A stretch of 64,000 nt of DNA from an uncultured bacterium (GTDB lineage Bacteria; Babelota; Babeliae; Babelales; JABCYS01). The translations under genes were made by a program, and so were the position numbers. The notes beneath the pieces are model-generated. The model worked only from the letters and a program-made list of their open reading frames with translations. It ran no database searches and was not told the origin of the DNA. Within the stretch, counting starts at the first letter, position 1. Each line of letters starts with the position of its first letter. The stretch spans positions 32,001 to 96,000 of the forward strand of contig CAVPKK010000006.1 in NCBI GenBank assembly GCA_963705705.1, read 5' to 3'. Positions 1-10,310 of this stretch are shown piece by piece.

Positions 1-1333
1 GCTTGCGGCAGCGCCAACAATGCGGATATGGGTGATTAATTTCGGTTTTATATAAAAGCCGTCCGCGGCGCGCCAACTCTTCAAGCACCCAGGTTTGGCC
101 TTCGGTGATTTTCATATCGACCAATGCCGGCGGTTGAATGCCAGCCGTGTATCGACCATCGGGGCTCAATGGCGAGAAGATTTCTAGGCCATATTTTATG
201 CCCATCTCATAATCTTCAGGGCCACAGCCAGGTGCCGAGTGCACACAGGCAGTTCCGTCTTCAAGCGATACAAATGGATCTGCGAGAACGGGGACGGTAA
301 AATTATCGATAAACGGATGTTCTGCGCGCAAGCCAACCAACTGATCCGCTTGGATGGTCGCCATCACTTCTTTGGGCACGTTCATCTGGGCACAAAATTT
401 GTCGGCCAGGCTTTCGCCGATGATTGTATAGTTGTTATCGATTTTCAGAACTGCATATTTCGCCGTTGGATTTAAGAATACTGCGCGGTTGAGCGGCAAT
501 GTCCATGGTGTGGTGGTCCAGACTAGAAAGGATAATGGCTTGTGCTGTTGCGCTTCTTCTTCAGGCTGGCGCCGTTCAACTAAGGAGTGATCGTGCAGGC
601 CATCCCATAATGTGCGGGCTAGATCTGGTAGCTTTTCAATCACCAGCTTAGGGTTGACCTGGAACAAAACATAGATCGATGGATCAATGCGCGGTTGATG
701 CTCAATCTCGGCAGCTGCCAAAACCGTTTGATCAAACATACACCATGGCACCGTTTTGAGTTTGCGCTCGATATATCCTTTTTCAACAAACTGCCCAAAT
801 GCTCGAACGATAGAAGCTTCGTAACCTGGATCCATCGTTTTATATGGGTGAGCGAAATTCATGAGCACACCAAGTTTTCTAAACTCGGCCGTTTGCACCT
901 CGATCCATCCTTCGGCAAAATCACGGCATTTTTTTATCAGCTCAGTTCTGGTGACAGGCCCAGTTTTTTGTTTGCCAAGCTCTTGCGTTACCTTCTGCTC
1001 GATTGGCAGTCCGTGGCAGTCAAAACCAGGGATTACCGGCACATGATTTCCGCTCATCCGTTGAGATTTGCTGACGATATCTTTGATTGATTTATTGTAG
1101 GCATGGCCGAGGTGAATATGGCCGTTGGCATAGGGAGGACCGTCGTGGAGAATGAATGAACGTCCGGTTCCCCGATTTTTATCAAATGACTTTTGCTCTA
1201 AATTATCATGAGCCCAGCGCAACAATAGCCCTTCTTCCTCATCCTTAAACTTAGGATGAATTGGAAAGTCGGTCTGGTTGAGGTTCAATGTATGTCTAAA
1301 GCTAACTTTTTCTTTCTTTTCCTGCTCGGCCAT
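1..1333 (-). CDS. ileS: Isoleucine--tRNA ligase, 5' part (runs off the window start)
   Basis: Manual translation from ATG at 1333: MAEQEKKEKVSFRHTLNLNQTDFP...FILHDGPPYANGHIHLGHAYNKSIKD (HIGH region), later WTTTPWT and GTACVHSAPGCGPEDY motifs. Confidence 0.95.
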   Translation of the reverse strand, partial: MAEQEKKEKVSFRHTLNLNQTDFPIHPKFKDEEEGLLLRWAHDNLEQKSFDKNRGTGRSFILHDGPPYANGHIHLGHAYNKSIKDIVSKSQRMSGNHVPVIPGFDCHGLPIEQKVTQELGKQKTGPVTRTELIKKCRDFAEGWIEVQTAEFRKLGVLMNFAHPYKTMDPGYEASIVRAFGQFVEKGYIERKLKTVPWCMFDQTVLAAAEIEHQPRIDPSIYVLFQVNPKLVIEKLPDLARTLWDGLHDHSLVERRQPEEEAQQHKPLSFLVWTTTPWTLPLNRAVFLNPTAKYAVLKIDNNYTIIGESLADKFCAQMNVPKEVMATIQADQLVGLRAEHPFIDNFTVPVLADPFVSLEDGTACVHSAPGCGPEDYEMGIKYGLEIFSPLSPDGRYTAGIQPPALVDMKITEGQTWVLEELARRGRLLYKTEINHPYPHCWRCRK

Positions 1334-1407
1334 ATCTAATACCTTTTTAACAATAGTGTGTGAGGCACTAAGATATCGGCTTTTGGCTCAGCCGGCTAGT
1401 TTAGCTT
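1309..1407. repeat. Direct repeat copy 1: ileS upstream region plus first 8 codons
   Basis: Matches 1603..1702 with one substitution and one indel. Confidence 0.95.
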
Positions 1408-1438
1408 GAAAAAAAAGATGAAATAAATCATCTGATCT

Positions 1439-1627
1439 TTAATGAAGTTTAATTTTCTTATTAGGATGTGGCGGTGTATTTGTGAATGATAATTTATGTT
1501 TCGGTTTTTGAGTTATGCCTTCATGAAGCTCATCCAGTAGGTGTTTATTTTCTGGCTCAAATAACCAACGTTGTTCCATTTCGGTTTCTGCTGCATCAAT
1601 ACTTTCTTTCTTTTCCTGCTCGGCCAT
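1439..1627 (-). CDS. Small chimeric protein starting with the IleRS N-terminus (MAEQEKKE)
   Basis: 62-aa ORF whose start and RBS lie in the duplicated ileS 5' segment. Confidence 0.5.
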   Translation of the reverse strand: MAEQEKKESIDAAETEMEQRWLFEPENKHLLDELHEGITQKPKHKLSFTNTPPHPNKKIKLH

Positions 1628-1702
1628 AATCTAATACCTTTTTAACAATAGTGTATGAGGCACTAAGATATCGGCTTTTGGCTCAGCCGGCTAGTTTAGC
1701 TT
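1603..1702. repeat. Direct repeat copy 2 of the ileS 5' region
   Basis: Near-identical to 1309..1407. Confidence 0.95.
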
Positions 1703-1706
1703 TAAA

Positions 1707-3125
1707 TTAATCGATATGGGCGAATCGATGGTCCGGCGGATAGATCTCATTACTGTCTTCTGCGGAGAACCGGCAGAATAGAATATTTTGGAAATGAACC
1801 TTTTCCTTGGCATCATTTGAATCATCGCTATCTACTTCTTCGGTCCCGTTTTTCTTTTTCGCAAAATAAAAGTGAAAGTGCTTTTTTGGCGATATTCGAA
1901 TTAAGTCGATTTTTCTTAGATAAGGCAGCAACTGTAATCCATATAAAGAATCAATCCTATACGGCGATAAATCCAAGGTCCGGAAGCCATCAATTCGCTG
2001 CGGTTCTTTAGGCAATCGATCCCACTTGTATAATTCCGCCACAGAAAATGAGCACGCTGGTTGCTCGAATGACTCCTTATTAAAATCTAATCCTTTTCCG
2101 GTCATCAAAAAATACAATTTAGCCAGTTGGGCGCGATATGATTCAGGGATCCGCGCTACATCCAATTGAACAGTGGGTACCACAGGCGCAACTGCTATCT
2201 TATTTTGTTGGCGAAAAAAGGGAAAACACGATGGCTTTGGTGGGACCAATGCAGAAGATGTGCATGGTTCTTGTCTGCATAGGTCAATCATCTTTGCCAT
2301 TAGCATACTCAATGGTAACCCTTTTAGCTCGACAGCTTCTGCATGCTGTAGATACTCATACATGTTGGCAGCATTCATTTCGGTTGCTATGGTTGCCAAA
2401 GAATTATTAATCGTCGTTGCATGAAATGTGCCGACATCTTTTTCGACTGATTGTGGGATAGTACTGCCAAGAGCAATGAAATATTTGAGCACTGCTGATG
2501 GAATGCTAGAAAATTTCTCAGGCTTACTGTTGCTGAGTGAGCGTAGTACCTCTTTTTCGATGAGCACCTCATTACCACTCGATGATTGTACATGGTAAGG
2601 CTTTTTTGCCCCACTCGGTTTAGTACGTTTTAAGCTCGAACGACACGATATAGAAGATCTCAGTCCATTTGTTGGATCTTGAACCCTTCTACCTTCGGCA
2701 GGTTCAGGGCGATCGGCATCATTTTCATAATGAATGGCATTCAGCTCTATTTGCTTGCTGCCATTTTTAGAATCGGGTATTCCAGATATTTTTGTTGAAT
2801 TAAACGTAGTGGATGGTGATGATTTTTCCGCAGTGGCTATTTCGGGGGATGAAGATCGGGAATCCGATAATGAACTTAAACTCGTATTCCCCAACGGCAT
2901 GCGCGTCGGCGATACAATGGCAACTGAACTGAATGTTTTATTGGATTCGCCCTCATTACTGATATCAGGCTTCTTTTCGGAAACAATAACAGGATATCTT
3001 TTGAGTAACGGACGAAACAGCGCCCTGTTTCCCAATCCTGTAGATGGACTTTCAACACTTTGGGAGGAAGCGATTGATGTAAATGATAATAAAAATAATA
3101 AAGAGCATATTCCCTTTAATTCCAT
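1707..3125 (-). CDS. Secreted Ser-rich hypothetical protein with one C-terminal LRR-like segment
   Basis: GGAGG RBS before ATG 3125; signal MELKGICSLLFLLSFTSIASS; LDLSPYRIDSLYGLQLLPYLRKI resembles the first LRR of the 33464 and 44042 proteins. Confidence 0.7.
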   Translation of the reverse strand: MELKGICSLLFLLSFTSIASSQSVESPSTGLGNRALFRPLLKRYPVIVSEKKPDISNEGESNKTFSSVAIVSPTRMPLGNTSLSSLSDSRSSSPEIATAEKSSPSTTFNSTKISGIPDSKNGSKQIELNAIHYENDADRPEPAEGRRVQDPTNGLRSSISCRSSLKRTKPSGAKKPYHVQSSSGNEVLIEKEVLRSLSNSKPEKFSSIPSAVLKYFIALGSTIPQSVEKDVGTFHATTINNSLATIATEMNAANMYEYLQHAEAVELKGLPLSMLMAKMIDLCRQEPCTSSALVPPKPSCFPFFRQQNKIAVAPVVPTVQLDVARIPESYRAQLAKLYFLMTGKGLDFNKESFEQPACSFSVAELYKWDRLPKEPQRIDGFRTLDLSPYRIDSLYGLQLLPYLRKIDLIRISPKKHFHFYFAKKKNGTEEVDSDDSNDAKEKVHFQNILFCRFSAEDSNEIYPPDHRFAHID

Positions 3126-3334
3126 GATACCTCCATCTAATAGAATTCTTTTCACTACCACCCTTCTTTTATTAGTTTAGCGAAATAGATTAAGCGAAAC
3201 ATAGAATTAATGCTTTAGTAAGCGAAAACAACCCAGGGCCCCATTTAAATTCAGCAACGTCCGTCCCTACCTTATGTTCAATAGAGTAGAAAAAGAATGC
3301 ACATAATTTTTAACTGCGCAACTCAGATTGGATA

Positions 3335-4438
3335 TTATTTCGATCCTTGACGCTCTTTATGTTCCTGCACTTCGTTATCCTGTTCCTGAATTTTGGCGCG
3401 TATTATCTGCTCAACATCCGGATGCATCCAAAAGCGTGTTGCATAGCCCAAAACTATATCGGTTAGATCATTAATTAAATGCGGCTCTAGTGATTGGCGA
3501 ATAGTAACAGTTAAAGGATCCTGCGGCCGCGGCATAAGCCATTGTACATCCTCTTGTGTCTGCGGAAGTAATCGATCCCAGTGTAATGGTACATCACCCC
3601 AATCTTTAATCGAATATAGTTTTAATGCATTGGTAAGAATATCCGTGATTAACTCACTATCTTCAGTTGCACCGGCAAGCAGTAATTTTCGTACTATAAG
3701 CCAGTTGCGATATACCATTTCCGGCTCCGGATTGATGTAGGGCATAAATTCTCCTCCGCCGCGCATATCCGTTGTAATAAGTGGCGTATTGCTTAATACT
3801 TCCAAAAGCTGGCCCGATTCGGACCCATCAGCCCGCCGTTCAACCACACGTCTATCTATTAGACCATTCGGATCACCGCCAGCAATAATCAAATCCTTTA
3901 TTATCGAGTTGCAGCTAATATAAGCCGCAAGACTCAGCGGTGTAAAATCGTTTTGATAATTATTAAAACCAAATTTGATTTCAGCTTCTGCATTTGGATT
4001 AGCTCCATGCGCAAGCAATGCTCTTATGATGGGTATTGCGGATCGTTTTTCATGTTCATCTCGACCATTTCCAAATTTTTCCTTGCATCTGATGATGGCA
4101 AAGAAAAGAGGTGTGATTTCTTTTGCCGCAATCTCCTCAATTTGCGACGTACCTTCGACAACAGTTACAAATCGTTGAGAACCCTGGTTTGCAATAATAT
4201 TTGGATTCGTACCATTTCTTAACCACGGCAACACTGCCTTAAGATCACTGTATTGCACTGTGTAAAGAAAGAGCGCATTGCGCATAAATTCTTTATTCGC
4301 TTGAAGCGCAGTCCGGTTTGGCTGGCCAATCGCTTGTGATTCCGAAACTCGGTCATTTCCATTATTAGCTAATTGCTGTGTAGATTCAGCTAAGAGGGGA
4401 AATAGAATTAATAGTAATGATAAACATCTGAAATTCAT
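3335..4438 (-). CDS. Secreted ankyrin-repeat protein with C-proximal F-box-like motif (paralogue of 23917..25026)
   Basis: Signal peptide; TPLFFAI, LLAHGANPN, TPLSLAA, LIIAGGDPN ankyrin motifs; HLINDLTDIVLGY. Confidence 0.85.
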   Translation of the reverse strand: MNFRCLSLLLILFPLLAESTQQLANNGNDRVSESQAIGQPNRTALQANKEFMRNALFLYTVQYSDLKAVLPWLRNGTNPNIIANQGSQRFVTVVEGTSQIEEIAAKEITPLFFAIIRCKEKFGNGRDEHEKRSAIPIIRALLAHGANPNAEAEIKFGFNNYQNDFTPLSLAAYISCNSIIKDLIIAGGDPNGLIDRRVVERRADGSESGQLLEVLSNTPLITTDMRGGGEFMPYINPEPEMVYRNWLIVRKLLLAGATEDSELITDILTNALKLYSIKDWGDVPLHWDRLLPQTQEDVQWLMPRPQDPLTVTIRQSLEPHLINDLTDIVLGYATRFWMHPDVEQIIRAKIQEQDNEVQEHKERQGSK

Positions 4439-4473
4439 AAAAGTTCCTCCATCAAGTTCGCTTTGCGAATGCA

Positions 4474-4528
4474 GTCCGACAAAGCTCATTGCTCATTATA
4501 AAAACTAGCTACAAGCTAGAGCGTCGGC
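4474..4528. repeat. Palindromic repeat family B (GTCCGAC.AGCTCATTGC...AGCGTCGGC)
   Basis: Same ends as 56627..56682 with a different interior hairpin. Confidence 0.6.
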
Positions 4529-4556
4529 GGATCATTTTTCTCTAAATTGATTGCAG

Positions 4557-6437
4557 CTATAAATTTCTGCGCCGGCAGACTTCAAACATCTTATGCATGA
4601 GCCAGGCGCACATAGATCTACGGGATGTGTTTAGAATATTTCGCTCGTTTCTATCCATAACCGGTTGGTCAGCCCGCATAATTCCCTGCATATGTTCGCC
4701 CAATAATCCTTGATTCTCATCTTGATCAGGATTGGCTAAGGCCAGAAAGGCCTGTATTTGCCTTTGATTTTCATCAGGCTGATATTCTAAGGCCATAATG
4801 TAACGAATATATTCAGCGGGCATGCGAGGTAGCACATAATCTGCCACAAGTGGTGATAAAACGGGTGGCAAATGCCCGTTAACTGCATTGCTAATGCGAG
4901 CATTATCTTCGATATATTTTTTCAAATTAGCTAATAACACTTGATTTTTATCAACAAGCGAAAGCATTCCCATGCCGAGCTGGGACGTGAGTGATTGAGG
5001 ATGTGAATTCATAGATAGTATCAGACCAAGTTTTTCACCATTTTTGCCGTAGCGCACCAAGATCTCAAATAATGATGGCCGTGACTCTTCTGCAAATTTA
5101 TCGAACCAGATGCTTTTATCAGGTGCTTGGGAAAATTCATCGGCAATTGCCAAGGCCATTTCTGTTGAACCATAATGCATAATAGCCCGAGTAATAGTAT
5201 TCATTTCCGACAAACTATAGGTATCAGAAAAATGAATATTTCTTCCCGTTGTTTTTACCCATTCAACTCTGGCCGGATCTAATTTCGCTTTAAGAGCCTT
5301 ACTTAATTTTCTAGCAATAACCGGATAATTTTCATACTGCGGTCGGCCAGGAATACCAAGATTTTTAAATAGTACTCGAGCTGCTGGCAGATGAGCAATG
5401 CTACTATAGGCACTCAGTGCACTCAGGCTATTTATAAGGTTGCATACATCATGCGAGAAATTTTCCTGAACAAGTAATAGATCGACGACCTCTTCATGGC
5501 CACCAATTGCAGCAAGCGATAATTCAGTGAAACCAATTATTAGTTGTGAAACCGCTTGGGTGTCAAAATAATTTTCCATTCGAGCAACATTATCAACCAA
5601 TTTTGACAACATCATCTTGGGTTCAATAAAAATTAGGCAGCCCCAAAGATCTTTTGTCACCAATCTGCCAAGAATATTTGTATTTACTTCTGCATTTGGG
5701 TCAACCATCCAGGATCTAAGCATTAAGGGTTTTCCGGTGTATTGATCATTGGCCAAGAGCATTGCTACCATCTGCTTATCGCGACGCGCCGATGCACGCA
5801 TCAACGGCGTAAATCCTTCAGCAATATTTAAGGCACTCAAAAAATGAGAAAATGCATGTCTTCTTTCTGTCTCACTATTTTCCTCTTTTGTAGATATATG
5901 CTGGATAAAATTCAAGAAAGGCAATCGCATATCAAATATTGGGCCAGGGGCCTTTGTTAAATGTTCACGAACGAACTCTACATCACCATGGTCTATCGCT
6001 TCAAATGTCGCGATCTCTGACTTCAATGTAGACATACGAATATGATTACAAGGTTTTCCTAAAAAATCATATAAAGCATTATATGCCTCGATATCGAGTA
6101 ATTTCAGGGCCTTTTCAATAATAGCTTCAGCTCGTGCATAATAAGCAGAACCCGTTTTTGGGCGGTCAATTTCATTGAGCTTGTTTTCATGATTTTGATT
6201 GTTTTCTGCACTGCTCAGTAGATTGCCTACGGCATACGATCGAGATGCCGGGATACTGCTGTCGCTTTCTTGAATGCGAGAAGCATCTTCATTATTCTTG
6301 CGATCGCTCTCTTTGGTGTCTATTTCCATATCTGACCCAGAATCTGGCTTCTTACCAGAATCCTGAGCTGGTTGTTGGGTAGCAAAAGCTAACCAAGGGA
6401 TGAGCAATATAATGAGAGATAGTTGTTTAATAATCAT
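4557..6437 (-). CDS. Array member: secreted ankyrin protein, F-box-like motif, CRRRNL tail
   Basis: Signal LLIPWLAFATQQPAQ; GFTPLMRAS; HLPPVLSPLVADY; GGAGG RBS before ATG 6437. Confidence 0.85.
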   Translation of the reverse strand: MIIKQLSLIILLIPWLAFATQQPAQDSGKKPDSGSDMEIDTKESDRKNNEDASRIQESDSSIPASRSYAVGNLLSSAENNQNHENKLNEIDRPKTGSAYYARAEAIIEKALKLLDIEAYNALYDFLGKPCNHIRMSTLKSEIATFEAIDHGDVEFVREHLTKAPGPIFDMRLPFLNFIQHISTKEENSETERRHAFSHFLSALNIAEGFTPLMRASARRDKQMVAMLLANDQYTGKPLMLRSWMVDPNAEVNTNILGRLVTKDLWGCLIFIEPKMMLSKLVDNVARMENYFDTQAVSQLIIGFTELSLAAIGGHEEVVDLLLVQENFSHDVCNLINSLSALSAYSSIAHLPAARVLFKNLGIPGRPQYENYPVIARKLSKALKAKLDPARVEWVKTTGRNIHFSDTYSLSEMNTITRAIMHYGSTEMALAIADEFSQAPDKSIWFDKFAEESRPSLFEILVRYGKNGEKLGLILSMNSHPQSLTSQLGMGMLSLVDKNQVLLANLKKYIEDNARISNAVNGHLPPVLSPLVADYVLPRMPAEYIRYIMALEYQPDENQRQIQAFLALANPDQDENQGLLGEHMQGIMRADQPVMDRNERNILNTSRRSMCAWLMHKMFEVCRRRNL

Positions 6438-6461
6438 ATTTACCTCCAAATATCTCATTGA

Positions 6462-8519
6462 TTACAAATTTCTGCGGCGGCAGGCTTCGAACATCTTATG
6501 CATGAGCCAACTGCACATAGATCTACGAGATGAATTAGTTCTGGTCGTATCAACGATGGGATGATCGCCCACCATAATGCCCTGCATATCTTCACCTAAT
6601 AAGTTTTGGTTGTCGTCAGCGCGATTTCCTAAAGCCATAATGTAACGAACATATTCAGCAGGCATTTCATATAAGGAATAGTCCGCCACAATTGAAGTTA
6701 ATACTGGTGGCAGATATGAAGTAAGTTCTCTATCAATAAAACCGCGGTTTGCTCCATATGGAATCTGCGTACGCTCTACATAGCTCTTCAGACTCGTTAG
6801 CAATTTTGGATTTCTTAGATCTGTTTCAAGATGAGAAAGCATCCCCATCCCAAGTTCGTGTACGAATGATTCAGGATACGGTTTCATGGATAATAGCAAA
6901 CCAAGCTTTTCGCCATTTATTCCTTCGGCAACCAACCACTCATTTAAGGTATCAGCGGCATGCACACGTCGGCCATCATCGGGAACCCAAGATCCCTGAG
7001 ATTTAATGTAAGCCAATTCACTTGCAATCGACTCCATCATTTCAATAGAACCATGAAGCATTATTGAGTTTGCGAGGGCTTTTGTTTTCTTAAAATTGTA
7101 AGTATCAATTTCCGGTTTTTTATCCAAACGTCTCAAGATATCATCGCATGGTTTGGCCTTAATGATCGCTTTGATTAATTTTCGAGCTATAAAAGGATAA
7201 TCTTTAGTTGTGTGCGAAATTATTCCCAATTCCTTAAATAACCGCTTACCTTCTTTTGTATCAGCTACATTACTGAAGCAGCTCAATACCTGAAGCGCAT
7301 TCACCATGGCCTGCCTTCTAACATCATAATAACTAGCAACGGCGTAATCAGGCGCATTTACATTCAGCAACTCCTCAAGCAATAAATCAAATACATCGCT
7401 ATGGCCACCAAGACTCGCCAATGCCAACGCATTCAATTCCAGCGAAAAAGGATAATAATAATCATAGAAGATAGTGCTCAAATCGCTGATCGTGGTCATA
7501 GGATCAGCCTTATTAGCTCTTCCGGCGCCCACGCGCCAACAGTCTTTTGCAAATTGCATCGCAATATTTCGATAATTAATTTTGGCGGTCTGATCAACCA
7601 TCCAAGGGCTAAGCATTGTGCTATCAGTAATAGACTCAGGCTGTGCCTTCAAAAGCATTGCTACCATATCTTTATCGCCGCGCATCGAAGCTCTCATTAG
7701 CGCAGTAAATCCATTCTTTTCACGCAATTGTTGGCAAAATGTCTCGATATTCGGTTTAACTAAGCGTGGCAGCTGGCTATCTTTCCCTGCATTTGCTATA
7801 TCATGGGAAAGATTCAAAAAGATTTGCCGTTTATCTCGTGATGTTATATCACCATTCTTCCATTCGCTATTGGACCCAAATAGTTGCCTGCTGAAATGCG
7901 TATTGTGTACTTTACAGATTAATTTTCTGACCGCCGCAATATCACCCTGATCTATAGCCTCAAACAATGCGGTTACAATATGTTTCTTGGCAAATAAATC
8001 TTGCAAACGCGATTCCGATGGATTTTGTGCAATAAAATAAAGTTTTCTCTGTAGCTTGGCTTGGGCGTCAAAAATGGAATATAGCGTAGGAGGTGCATTT
8101 GAACTACTTTTATCTTCTTCAGCATCTTTTGCCCTAGTCTCCGGTTGGAGTTCATCTTTTACACCTTTTAAACCCATTAGTTCTTTGGCATTGGCTATCA
8201 TCGCTTCAGCTCGCTGCATATAATAAGCAGCACCATTATTTGGGCGAATTAGATGTTCGATTTCGGTCAATTGGGTTTGATTGATTTGTGCATTGGCAGG
8301 TGATTCGCCAATTGCATATGATCGAGATGCGGGAACGCTACTGTCGCCTTCTTGAATGCGAAAAGCATCTTCATTATTCTTGCGATCGCCCTCTTTGGCG
8401 TCCAATTCCATATCAGACCCCGAATTTGGCTTCTGACCAAAATCTTGAGCTGGATGTTGAGTAGCAAAGGCTAGTCCAGGGATGAGTAATAGGGTAAAGA
8501 ATAGATGTTTAGTAGTCAT
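6462..8519 (-). CDS. Array member: secreted ankyrin protein, F-box-like motif, CRRRNL tail
   Basis: LLIPGLAFATQHPAQ; GFTALMRAS; YLPPVLTSIVADY. Confidence 0.85.
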   Translation of the reverse strand: MTTKHLFFTLLLIPGLAFATQHPAQDFGQKPNSGSDMELDAKEGDRKNNEDAFRIQEGDSSVPASRSYAIGESPANAQINQTQLTEIEHLIRPNNGAAYYMQRAEAMIANAKELMGLKGVKDELQPETRAKDAEEDKSSSNAPPTLYSIFDAQAKLQRKLYFIAQNPSESRLQDLFAKKHIVTALFEAIDQGDIAAVRKLICKVHNTHFSRQLFGSNSEWKNGDITSRDKRQIFLNLSHDIANAGKDSQLPRLVKPNIETFCQQLREKNGFTALMRASMRGDKDMVAMLLKAQPESITDSTMLSPWMVDQTAKINYRNIAMQFAKDCWRVGAGRANKADPMTTISDLSTIFYDYYYPFSLELNALALASLGGHSDVFDLLLEELLNVNAPDYAVASYYDVRRQAMVNALQVLSCFSNVADTKEGKRLFKELGIISHTTKDYPFIARKLIKAIIKAKPCDDILRRLDKKPEIDTYNFKKTKALANSIMLHGSIEMMESIASELAYIKSQGSWVPDDGRRVHAADTLNEWLVAEGINGEKLGLLLSMKPYPESFVHELGMGMLSHLETDLRNPKLLTSLKSYVERTQIPYGANRGFIDRELTSYLPPVLTSIVADYSLYEMPAEYVRYIMALGNRADDNQNLLGEDMQGIMVGDHPIVDTTRTNSSRRSMCSWLMHKMFEACRRRNL

Positions 8520-8543
8520 GTTTACCTCCAAATATCTCATCGT

Positions 8544-10286
8544 TTACAAATTTCTGCGGCGGCAAGCTTCGAACATCTTTTGCATGAGCCAACTGCATAT
8601 CGATCGACGGGGTGGACTAGCTCTAGTCGTATTAACTATTGGACGCTCGCCAAGCATAATGCCCTGCATGTTTTCACCTAATTGGTTATTATCATGCTGA
8701 TTTTCTAGGGCCATAATGTAGCGAATGTATTCATTAGGCAGACGCGGGCTAACGTAATCCGCCACTATAGGCGATAAATCTGACGGCAAATGATTATTCA
8801 CTGCATTATTAATGTAAGCATTACCTTCGATATATCGTTTCAAATTAGCTAGCAATGTTGGATTTTTCTCAACGTGCGAAAGCATTCCCATTCCGAGTTG
8901 GTAAGTGAGCGATTGAGGATGATTATCCATCGATAGAATCAGCCCTAGCTTTTCAGCATTTTTACTGCATTGCACTAAATATTCAAATCCATCATTTCTT
9001 TCATTAATCCATTCTGCTTCGTCTGCAATAGTGGACAATTCATCTGCAATAGCGAGCGACAATTCAATTGAGCCAAAAGGCATAATAGACTGGGCAATAG
9101 TAACGACTTCTTTCCAACTATAGGTAGTGGAAATGTCGTCGCCCATTCTATTAATCCACGCGATCCGAGAGGGAGGAAAATTTGTCTTAAGTGCTCTAAC
9201 AAGTTTTCTGGCAATGGTTGGATAATTTTCATAGAGCGGCCGATTGGATATACCTAGATTTTTGAACAGCGCCCGAGCCATTGGCAACTGAGCAACATTG
9301 CTGTATACACTGACGGACAAAAGCGTATTTAAAATATTACAACGATCAATGGCTGAACTCTCACACACAAGCAATAAATCTACGATCTCTGTATTGCCGC
9401 TGATGGCAGCAAAAAATAGTTCGCTCAGACTCATTAGAAGAACGTTGAGAGGAGGTCTTAACGTTATATCTCCTTGACTGGAATTCTCAATCAGCATTGC
9501 TAACTTCGTCTTCGGTTTAGAAATTAACGACTTCTGACAAAAGCCTTGGGTCAAAGGCTTATAAAGAACATTTAAATCTACTTCTGCGCTTGGATCAAAC
9601 ATCCATTTATAAGGTATAATATTTGTTCTCTTGCATTGGTCTTTATCCAATAGCATTAAAACCATCTGCTTATCGCCACGTGCCGCGGCACGCTTTATTG
9701 GCGTAAAACCACCATTGCGATTTAAAAAACCGCAAAGCGTGTCGATAATTTCTCCAGCCGCTGTTTTATCCTTTGCTTCCGATATGTGATAAATAAAATT
9801 CAAAAAAAGTGATCGTTTATCGAAAATTATAACCCCATTTTGCAAGTGAGTGCGCACATATTCTATGTCGCCTTTATCTATGGCTTCAAATATCGCAATC
9901 TCTGGTTTCACCTCAGAGATACGTTCAAGAGCGCGCGCTATTTTAAGAGCTAACGAATTATCATCAGCAACAATATTTTTTAAGATTCTTTCGGTATCAG
10001 CAGTGATAGCCGCAGCTCGTTGCTCATAGTAAGCTGCGTTGTTTTGTGAATGGCTTACCTCATTAATGACCTGAGAGCCAACGGCATCTGATCGAGGTGC
10101 AGGGACGCTGCTGTCACTCTCTAATGGAAGAGTTTTTTCAGCATCTTGGGACTCGTTTTCCTTGTGTTCAATTTCTATCTCTGAATCAGAGTCTGATCCT
10201 AGGTCAAAGTCCTGAGCTGTTTGTTGGGTAGCAAAGGTTAATCCAGGGATAAGTAATAGGGTAAGTATTAATTGCTTGTTATTCAT
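8544..10286 (-). CDS. Array member: secreted ankyrin protein, F-box-like motif, CRRRNL tail
   Basis: LLIPGLTFATQQ; GFTPIKRAA; HLPSDLSPIVADY. Confidence 0.85.
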   Translation of the reverse strand: MNNKQLILTLLLIPGLTFATQQTAQDFDLGSDSDSEIEIEHKENESQDAEKTLPLESDSSVPAPRSDAVGSQVINEVSHSQNNAAYYEQRAAAITADTERILKNIVADDNSLALKIARALERISEVKPEIAIFEAIDKGDIEYVRTHLQNGVIIFDKRSLFLNFIYHISEAKDKTAAGEIIDTLCGFLNRNGGFTPIKRAAARGDKQMVLMLLDKDQCKRTNIIPYKWMFDPSAEVDLNVLYKPLTQGFCQKSLISKPKTKLAMLIENSSQGDITLRPPLNVLLMSLSELFFAAISGNTEIVDLLLVCESSAIDRCNILNTLLSVSVYSNVAQLPMARALFKNLGISNRPLYENYPTIARKLVRALKTNFPPSRIAWINRMGDDISTTYSWKEVVTIAQSIMPFGSIELSLAIADELSTIADEAEWINERNDGFEYLVQCSKNAEKLGLILSMDNHPQSLTYQLGMGMLSHVEKNPTLLANLKRYIEGNAYINNAVNNHLPSDLSPIVADYVSPRLPNEYIRYIMALENQHDNNQLGENMQGIMLGERPIVNTTRASPPRRSICSWLMQKMFEACRRRNL

Positions 10287-10310
10287 GTTGGGTCTCCACT
10301 TATTGTAATA

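Noticed and set aside
239..1090. Plus-strand ORFs of 61-131 aa
   Set aside because: Antisense shadows of ileS; the same applies to most short track ORFs overlapping long genes
4557..4580. CaaX prenylation or PTS1 signal in CRRRNL
   Set aside because: Cys is sixth from the end, and RNL/RYL does not fit the canonical PTS1 consensus
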